A DNA stretch of 64,000 nucleotides from assembly GCA_963662585.1 (NCBI GenBank), contig OY759729.1, positions 1,216,001 through 1,280,000 of the forward strand, given 5' to 3'. The notes beneath the pieces were generated by a model. The model was not told the DNA's origin. It did no database searches and saw only the letters and a program-made list of their open reading frames with translations. Positions 61,026 through 64,000 of the stretch are shown here, one piece after another. The translations under genes were made by a program, and so were the position numbers. Source of the DNA: Candidatus Cloacimonadales bacterium. Lineage in GTDB: Bacteria; Cloacimonadota; Cloacimonadia; Cloacimonadales; JAFGVF01. Numbering within the stretch: position 1 is the stretch's first letter; every line of letters starts with the position of its first letter.

Positions 61026-61793
61026 AATCCCTCTTCTGTCGGATTGAGGAGATTTTCTCCGCTGTGAATTGCTAAGTAACAGATGAATAGTGTCTAAACT
61101 GATTAAAAATCTAGAAATCTCTCCTAGTATCTAATGTGGAAGCAGAGACGCTTCCACTCCATAGAAAAGTTGAAAAGTGAGAAAATCCCTCTTCTGTCGG
61201 ATTGTGGAGATTTTCTCCGCTGTGAATTGCTAAGTAGCAGATGAATAGTGTCTAAACTGATTAAAAATCTAGAAATCTCTCCCAGTATCTAATGTGGAAG
61301 CAGAGACGCTTCCACTCCATAGAAGAGCTTTAGAGTGTGATAATCCCTCTTCTGTCGGATTGAGAACACTTTTGTCCGTTGTGAATTAGTAAATAACAGA
61401 TGAATAGTGTCTAAACTGATTAATAATCTAAAAATCTCTCCCAGTATCTAATGTGGAAGCAGAGACGCTTCCACTCTATAGTAGAAAACACCCCCTGTGT
61501 CCCCCTCACGGAGGGGGATTTATAAACACCTCGTCTGCTTCGCAGCCACCCCTCTTTTATCGTGCTTTCAGCACTAAAGAGGGGAATTTAAGATTCACGG
61601 ACTAAAGGTCCGTAACCCCAGTTAATCACTAAAGAAGTGAATTTAAGAGTGTGATAATCCCTCTTCTGTCGGATTGAGGAGATTTTCTCCGCTGTGAATT
61701 GCTAAGTAGCAGATGAATAGTGTCTAAGCTGATTAAAAATCTAGAAATCTCTCCCGTTATCTAATGTGGAAGCAGAGACGCTTCCACTCCATA
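61026..61793. repeat. Four ~139-bp direct repeats ending in a GTGG-type palindrome
   Basis: Copies start at 61026, 61184, 61342, 61656; each ends gtggaagcagagacgcttccac. Confidence 0.9.
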
Positions 61794-62351
61794 AATAAAG
61801 TAGTAGTTATTCGCTCCCTAAGTGCTAATGTTTTGATTTTATAGCAATTAAGATTTTGGAAAGATAATATCGATTTGCTTTTAAGTTTAAGATGATAACT
61901 GGTATATTTTCGCACCTACGAAGCAAAGGGATTTGTTTTATACAATTCAAGACTGCTTTGTCGGAAGTCGCTACTCCGTGTGCAACTCTCGTGATAAATA
62001 GCTGAAGACCGGAGTTCCTCGGCCGTAGGCAAGGGACTTCGGACGAAACAATTTAATCTGCTATTGATAACACATTGCGAAACTTGGAAAATTATTATTA
62101 TCTTCAGTCTTACGACTGAAGATGGCGGAGAGAATCTCCACCGTCCGACTGAAGAGGCAACCTTCCCGTTGAAGAGGGCAAAGATAATATCCATCTCCCT
62201 TCGCTAAAGCTATGGAAGGCAAGTCGTCCGACAAAAGAAGGTTTCAATTCCTCTTAATTCGTAGGATTCGTCTTAATTCGCGTTAATTCGTGTGAAAGTC
62301 TTCTTCTCAATTCTCCATTCTCAATTCTCAATTAAAAAAAACAGGGGTCAA

Positions 62352-62469
62352 AGATGGCGGCTATCTACTTTCCCACACCGTTGCCAGTGCAGTATCATCG
62401 ACGTGAGTGAGCTTGACTTCTGTGTTCGGAATGGGAACAGGTATATCCTCACTGCTATTACCACCATCT
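62352..62469 (-). rRNA. rrf: 5S rRNA
   Basis: Minus strand contains cccattccgaacacagaagtcaagc and gggaaagtag; lies downstream of 23S. Confidence 0.95.
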
Positions 62470-62618
62470 TTGACCCCTGTCAAAAATGTTTATTAAAATT
62501 TTTTAAGTATTTATGTGTGCTTGAACTATTAATAATTTTTCACTTTTAATTATTAACTTTTCATTTCTCTTACTGTTGTTAAACAGTAAGAGACTATAGA
62601 GTGTATATAAAAAATATT

Positions 62619-64000
<1,382 letters not shown>

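Noticed and set aside
60618..61793. CRISPR array
   Set aside because: Units are contiguous or separated by similar, non-unique linkers; lengths (54, 139 bp) are atypical; no cas genes in the window

Overview
AT-rich bacterial chromosome segment. Gene content (PorV-like protein, large multidomain surface protein, TPR sensors, BamA) suggests an FCB-group anaerobe such as Cloacimonadota; this is inference, not checked. Most of the window is housekeeping: TonB-dependent receptor (partial), lipoate ligase, purM, pta, glyS, guaA, xseA, polA, bamA, ispD, glmS, hflX, malic enzyme, a small polysaccharide-modification cluster, an O-acetylation pair, and the 3' end of an rRNA operon (23S partial + 5S, minus strand). 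Most notable: (1) an unannotated 15-codon leader ORF with mutually exclusive hairpins and a terminator upstream of hflX, i.e. a candidate ribosome-stalling attenuator; (2) a sigma-54 promoter with tandem activator sites upstream of a pseudo-receiver gene and a ~3300-aa Ig/CARDB surface protein, followed by a TPR histidine kinase and an NtrC-family activator; (3) an enlarged GlmS whose catalytic Cys is residue 24 rather than N-terminal; (4) a family of structured MITE-like elements, a nonsense-mutated four-helix-bundle gene bracketed by inverted heptamer arrays, and a dense mosaic of palindromic repeats downstream of 5S that includes a duplicate of the 5S 3' end. No CRISPR, tRNA or transposase was recognised.
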